This document shows positions 7,917 to 11,218 of a stretch of DNA of 11,218 nucleotides, piece after piece. The position numbers were made by a program, and so were the translations under genes. Source of the stretch: Planctomycetota bacterium (GTDB taxonomy: Bacteria; Planctomycetota; SZUA-567; H5-PLA8); NCBI GenBank assembly GCA_045863855.1, contig BTVV01000168.1:1-11218 (forward strand). The letters are read 5' to 3'. How positions within the stretch are numbered: position 1 is the first letter of the stretch; each line of letters begins with the position of its first letter. The notes under the pieces are model-generated. The model was given only the letters and a program-made list of their open reading frames with translations, was not told where the DNA came from and ran no database searches.

Positions 7917-9089
7917 ATGCTTGCAACCGCCGGGGCATCCCCTGTGCAAACCCTCGAACCCAGCTTGGCGCAACCCTCTGTGATCGAAACGCCGCCCGAG
8001 TTTGCCGAGACTCCGCCGAAAGGCACGCTTTTCTTCGTCTCCCCGTGGATCGACGGACTCCTGATGGGCGGCCTAGGGCTTCTGGTCTGGATCGCGCTGA
8101 CGGTCGTCGGCGCGGGGACGTACCAGGCCGTCGGCATGGCCGGGAGCGGCTGGCTGCTGGCGGCGGCGATCCTCTTCGACTTCCCGCACTTCGCGGCGGT
8201 GAGCTGGCCGTTGTACAGCCATGTCGAGCGCGTGAAACGCTTTCCGATCACGGCGCTGATCTGGCCGCTGGCGCTGCTGGCGGCCATGCTGATCTCCGTG
8301 CGCTATCCGGATACGGTGCTGCCCTGCTTATGCAAGGCCGCGATGGCCTGGATGGCGTTCCATTTCGCCGCGCAGACGGCCGGCTTGACGCTGCTTTACC
8401 TGCGCCGCGCGGGATTTAACCCTTCGCGGGCCGAAGGGTTGTGCGTGAACGCCGCTTCGTATCTTGGCATGCTGTACGCGCTGTTGAGCACCGAAGCGCG
8501 CGACCGGCCGCTCTCGTTCGGGAGCCTCCAGGAAGCGATTCCGCGCTTTCCGGTCACGGAGGACGTCGGGCTGCTCGTAGCGCTCCTCTTCGGGTGCGCG
8601 CTCACCGGAATCGTCGCCTGCGGGCTCTTGGCGAAGGTGCGCCGCGGGCGCTGGTGGCCGCCGATCGCACTGGTCCCGCTGGCCGCTCAGGCGCTGTGGT
8701 TCGTGCCGGAGGCCGGAAGCTACGATCTCTTCACGCGCTTGCTCTGCTTCGGCTGTGTCCACGGTTTGCAATATCTGACGCTCGCGGTGGCCGTCGAGGC
8801 CGCGGAGGTCCGCGCGCAGCATTCGGAATGGAGCCGCGGGCAGGTGCTGAGCAACCTGGCGCTTTTCTATCCGATCCTCTTAGGTCTTGGCGCGGCGGTC
8901 TTTCTGGCGTTGCCTTGGCTGCTGCAACCGTTGCGCGTGGCGGCGCACTTGGTCGGGCCGGCGTTTCTGGCGGCGCTGTGGATGCATCACGCCTTCGTGG
9001 ACGGCGGGCTGAACAAGCCGCGTTCGCCGCAAGCCGCGCGCCTGGCCGACCTTACGCTGGCGCGCGAAGGCTGGGAGGCGCGTCCATGA
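7917..9089 (+). CDS. Polytopic membrane protein of unknown function with spaced His motifs
   Basis: About 9-10 hydrophobic segments. Motifs FDFPHF (His 8187), FHFAAQTAG (8361), HGLQYL (8760), MHHAFVDG (8985-8990). Start uncertain (ATG 7884, ATG 7917 or a later GTG). Confidence 0.8.
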   Translation: MLATAGASPVQTLEPSLAQPSVIETPPEFAETPPKGTLFFVSPWIDGLLMGGLGLLVWIALTVVGAGTYQAVGMAGSGWLLAAAILFDFPHFAAVSWPLYSHVERVKRFPITALIWPLALLAAMLISVRYPDTVLPCLCKAAMAWMAFHFAAQTAGLTLLYLRRAGFNPSRAEGLCVNAASYLGMLYALLSTEARDRPLSFGSLQEAIPRFPVTEDVGLLVALLFGCALTGIVACGLLAKVRRGRWWPPIALVPLAAQALWFVPEAGSYDLFTRLLCFGCVHGLQYLTLAVAVEAAEVRAQHSEWSRGQVLSNLALFYPILLGLGAAVFLALPWLLQPLRVAAHLVGPAFLAALWMHHAFVDGGLNKPRSPQAARLADLTLAREGWEARP

Positions 9090-10105
9090 AGCGCGTGATC
9101 CTGATCTGTGCGGTGCTGGCCGGCGTGTTCGCGGCGCGCGCCGAAGTGGCCGAGAAGACGGCGCTCAAGACCGGCGAGGGGCCGACCTTCGAGCCGGGGC
9201 TCCTGCCGCAAGCCGATCCGGAGTTGCTGAAGCACGTCCGCTTCAAGACGACGCTGGGGTATATCCGCGTCGGGCTTTCGCCGTACGGCGCGCCGGAACT
9301 GCTGCGCCACTTCCTTACGCTTTGCGAATCGGGGATTTACGTCGGCACCATTGTAAACGGCGTGGAGCGCGGACGTTGGATCGAGCTGGGGCATCCGAGC
9401 ACGAGTTCGCAGCCGCTCAGCCTCGAACAGAAGGCGCTGCTGAAGCAGAAGTTCCCGCAGCCGCAAGCGCCGGGCGATACGAGCGGCGGGCGCGGCGCGG
9501 TGGTCTTCCTGCGGGCCGAGCAGCATTCGCCGATGCTGGGGATTCAGACGGGCCGGCTGGGGCCGCCGGGAAACTTCGAAGTCCTGGCCCGGGTGGTGGA
9601 TGGACACGAGACGCTGAAGCGCATCGACGGCGTGCGGCTGAACCCGAACCGGCTGCCGATGCTGCCGGTGATGATCCTGGAAGTCGAGGTGCTGGAACCG
9701 GATACGCCGAAGTCGCCGGACCCGCTCTTCGATCAACTGGTCGAGGAGCGCTTCGCGCGCTACGCCGATCCGGAGCTTCAAGCGAAGCCGGCGCGGGACC
9801 AGTTCCGCAAGACGCCGACGCTGGAAGCGCCGGTGGGGCAAGATCCGTCGAAGGCGTTGGCGATCGTGTTAGCTCTTGCGGGCGCGGCGCTTACGGTGCT
9901 GGCGCAGCGCCTTCGTCCGGCGCAGTGGCAGGTGCTGGGGACCGTGTTGCTCTGCGGCGGCGGGTTCGTGATGTACGTCCAGAGCGCGCCGCGGGCAACG
10001 TTCGATCCGTCGCTGGCGCTGGGCTTATGGTGCGGAGCGTTCGTGCTCTTCGCGCTGCTGCAGCGGGTGGAGGCCGGCGCGGGCGCGGACGAGCCGAAGG
10101 CATAA
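9086..10105 (+). CDS. Exported cyclophilin-fold (PPIase-like) protein with a degenerate active site and three C-terminal TM helices
   Basis: ATG at 9086 overlaps the upstream TGA (ATGA); GGGAGG RBS at 9073-9078. Signal peptide MKRVILICAVLAGVFAARA. Cyclophilin scaffold VRFKTTLGYIRVGL...AP....F..LCESGIYVGT...RGAV...FEVLARVVDGHETLKRI...P..PVMILEVEV. Three hydrophobic segments after about 9854. Confidence 0.8.
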   Translation: MKRVILICAVLAGVFAARAEVAEKTALKTGEGPTFEPGLLPQADPELLKHVRFKTTLGYIRVGLSPYGAPELLRHFLTLCESGIYVGTIVNGVERGRWIELGHPSTSSQPLSLEQKALLKQKFPQPQAPGDTSGGRGAVVFLRAEQHSPMLGIQTGRLGPPGNFEVLARVVDGHETLKRIDGVRLNPNRLPMLPVMILEVEVLEPDTPKSPDPLFDQLVEERFARYADPELQAKPARDQFRKTPTLEAPVGQDPSKALAIVLALAGAALTVLAQRLRPAQWQVLGTVLLCGGGFVMYVQSAPRATFDPSLALGLWCGAFVLFALLQRVEAGAGADEPKA

Positions 10106-10218
10106 CGGCGCGGGGAGCGGGGCGTGTGATAGTTCACCTGTGCTGCGCGAAGTGAGTCGTGCAAAGCGTAAGGCCGGCGAAGCTATACGAAGCGCTATAT
10201 TCGCGCCACATCGTGCGC

Positions 10219-10281
10219 TAAGTGTAAAGTTGTAAAGCGTAAGTGTAAAGTGTAAAGCTAGCTTTACAGTTAAGTTTACAC
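10219..10281. repeat. Cluster of TGTAAAG heptads (four direct, two inverted) including an 18-bp perfect palindrome
   Basis: TGTAAAG at 10223, 10231, 10244, 10251; CTTTACA at 10262-10268; TTTACAC at 10275-10281. TGTAAAGCTAGCTTTACA at 10251-10268 is a perfect palindrome. Confidence 0.9.
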
Positions 10282-10283
10282 CT

Positions 10284-10315
10284 CTTTTTGACGCGGTTCG
10301 AGGCGTGTCAAAAAG
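10284..10315. repeat. 9-bp inverted repeat with a 14-bp spacer
   Basis: CTTTTTGAC (10284-10292) and GTCAAAAAG (10307-10315). Confidence 0.75.
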
Positions 10316-10419
10316 GGCGAGCCGGGTCGAATGGGCTCGAAAAAAGGCGCGTCTTTCCGTGACCTTCCGCGTCGCGGTTGCGAGGAGAATGGTTACGCCC
10401 GCCCCCTAGGAGTGTGCGC

Positions 10420-10989
10420 ATGTCCTCCGGCGTTTTCGGAATCATCAAATTGCCTGCGCCGATCGGAAGAAGCCTGCTCGCCGACCTTCGTGTCTTACGG
10501 GAAGGGCATTGGAATGCTTACGATCCAGCCGATCCAAGCTTGGACGGCGAATATTCCTCAGAAGGCGCAACTCGGATCGATGGATTCATGGACCGCGTGC
10601 GTACGATTCACGCGCCTCCGATTCTGTACCGCAAAGAGTGGATCGATTACTGGTCCATGAGCGATCAGGTTTATCGCTGGCTTAAGCATCTTGGCCTTTC
10701 CTTCGAATTGCATTCGACGAACCGTTACGCCTTGGCGGTGGCGGCAAACGTACGGCTGGACTCCAAAGCGCGAGCAACGGCCCTGGAACATCTGACCGGC
10801 GCCGCTCAGTTCCCAGAGAACGAGTGGTATCGTTCGTCTTTGCGCGAAGCCTTATCGGCATGGGAAGGCGTTGTGGACGAATTCGCCTTGCTTAGTTTTC
10901 GGCAGAATTTGGGCACTTCGCTCGATGACGATGCGATTCGAGCGACATGGGACATGACATTGGACTTTGGGGCTGGTGGCGCGGGCTGA
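10420..10989 (+). CDS. Hypothetical soluble protein (189 aa), lower GC than its neighbours
   Basis: ATG at 10420 with AGGAG at 10408-10412. Normal globular composition, unlike the R/A/P-rich shadow ORFs. Three hand-counted 60-bp lines gave about 48-57% GC. No family recognised. Confidence 0.7.
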   Translation: MSSGVFGIIKLPAPIGRSLLADLRVLREGHWNAYDPADPSLDGEYSSEGATRIDGFMDRVRTIHAPPILYRKEWIDYWSMSDQVYRWLKHLGLSFELHSTNRYALAVAANVRLDSKARATALEHLTGAAQFPENEWYRSSLREALSAWEGVVDEFALLSFRQNLGTSLDDDAIRATWDMTLDFGAGGAG

Positions 10990-11035
10990 CGAGAACGGAA
11001 AAGTCGAATGTGCGACCTCCGTGGACTTAGCGCGG

Positions 11036-11067
11036 GTGGCCCGCACAAACCGCAGGTTTGTGTGGGT
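11036..11067 (+). repeat. GTGG-tagged REP-like palindrome
   Basis: GTGG (11036-11039) directly precedes the stem CCCGCACAAACC-gca-GGTTTGTGTGGG (11040-11066; 12 bp with one G-T). It is extragenic, 46 bp after a stop codon. Confidence 0.6.
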
Positions 11068-11218
11068 GCCGAAGGCACAAGAGGCGTGCGGGACACTCGA
11101 GTTCGATGAGGGCAAATGTGGTGACCCGAAGCGACCGTGGACTTGCAGGCTTCGGAAGCGGTACGCGCCCATGCATAGCGTACGCTCACGAGCGCCTCTT
11201 ATTCGCAAGCTCACCCAC

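Noticed and set aside
8441..9085. N-terminal 215 aa of the 554-aa ORF, suggesting a larger fusion
   Set aside because: It overlaps the membrane-protein gene in another frame. The real start is ATG 9086, with an RBS, ATGA coupling and a signal peptide.
10219..10281. CRISPR array or DnaA-box origin
   Set aside because: Units are 7 bp with 0-6 bp gaps, with no unique 25-45 bp spacers and no cas genes. They do not match the DnaA box TTATCCACA.
10983..11110. Integron attC site after the orphan ORF
   Set aside because: The sequence at the stop is GGCTGAC, not RYYYAAC, and I found no matching GTTRRRY end closing a stem.
10806..11214. Minus-strand ORFs 10806-11189 and 10852-11214
   Set aside because: They overlap the orphan gene antisense and cross the palindromic region, with S/R/P/C-rich non-protein-like composition.
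1..11218. tRNA, rRNA, transposase or integrase genes
   Set aside because: No cloverleaf or T-loop pattern in the intergenic gaps, and no DDE, HUH or recombinase motifs recognised in any ORF.

Overview
GC-rich bacterial chromosomal window, roughly two-thirds GC by eye; the taxon cannot be fixed from the sequence. Left to right: (1) 3' part of a Kv-beta-type aldo/keto reductase, then a CxxCH-containing membrane protein (+); (2) an ArnT/GT-C-type membrane glycosyltransferase (-); (3) a cytoplasmic Cys-type sulfatase (+); (4) a tight minus-strand operon of a TPR-Roadblock fusion, a stand-alone Roadblock/LC7 (MglB-like) protein and a Wza/OPX polysaccharide export protein lacking the outer-membrane helix; (5) a coupled pair of a multi-His polytopic membrane protein and a membrane-anchored, catalytically degenerate cyclophilin-like protein (+); (6) an AT-rich intergenic block of TGTAAAG heptads with a perfect TGTAAA-N6-TTTACA palindrome; (7) a lower-GC orphan ORF; (8) a GTGG-tagged REP-like hairpin and a long fold-back cut by the window end. 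The best candidate for an undescribed system is the TPR-Roadblock/Roadblock/OPX operon, which looks like a polarity-type heterodimeric Roadblock module co-transcribed with a polysaccharide export component. Family calls come from motif recognition only; no searches were run.
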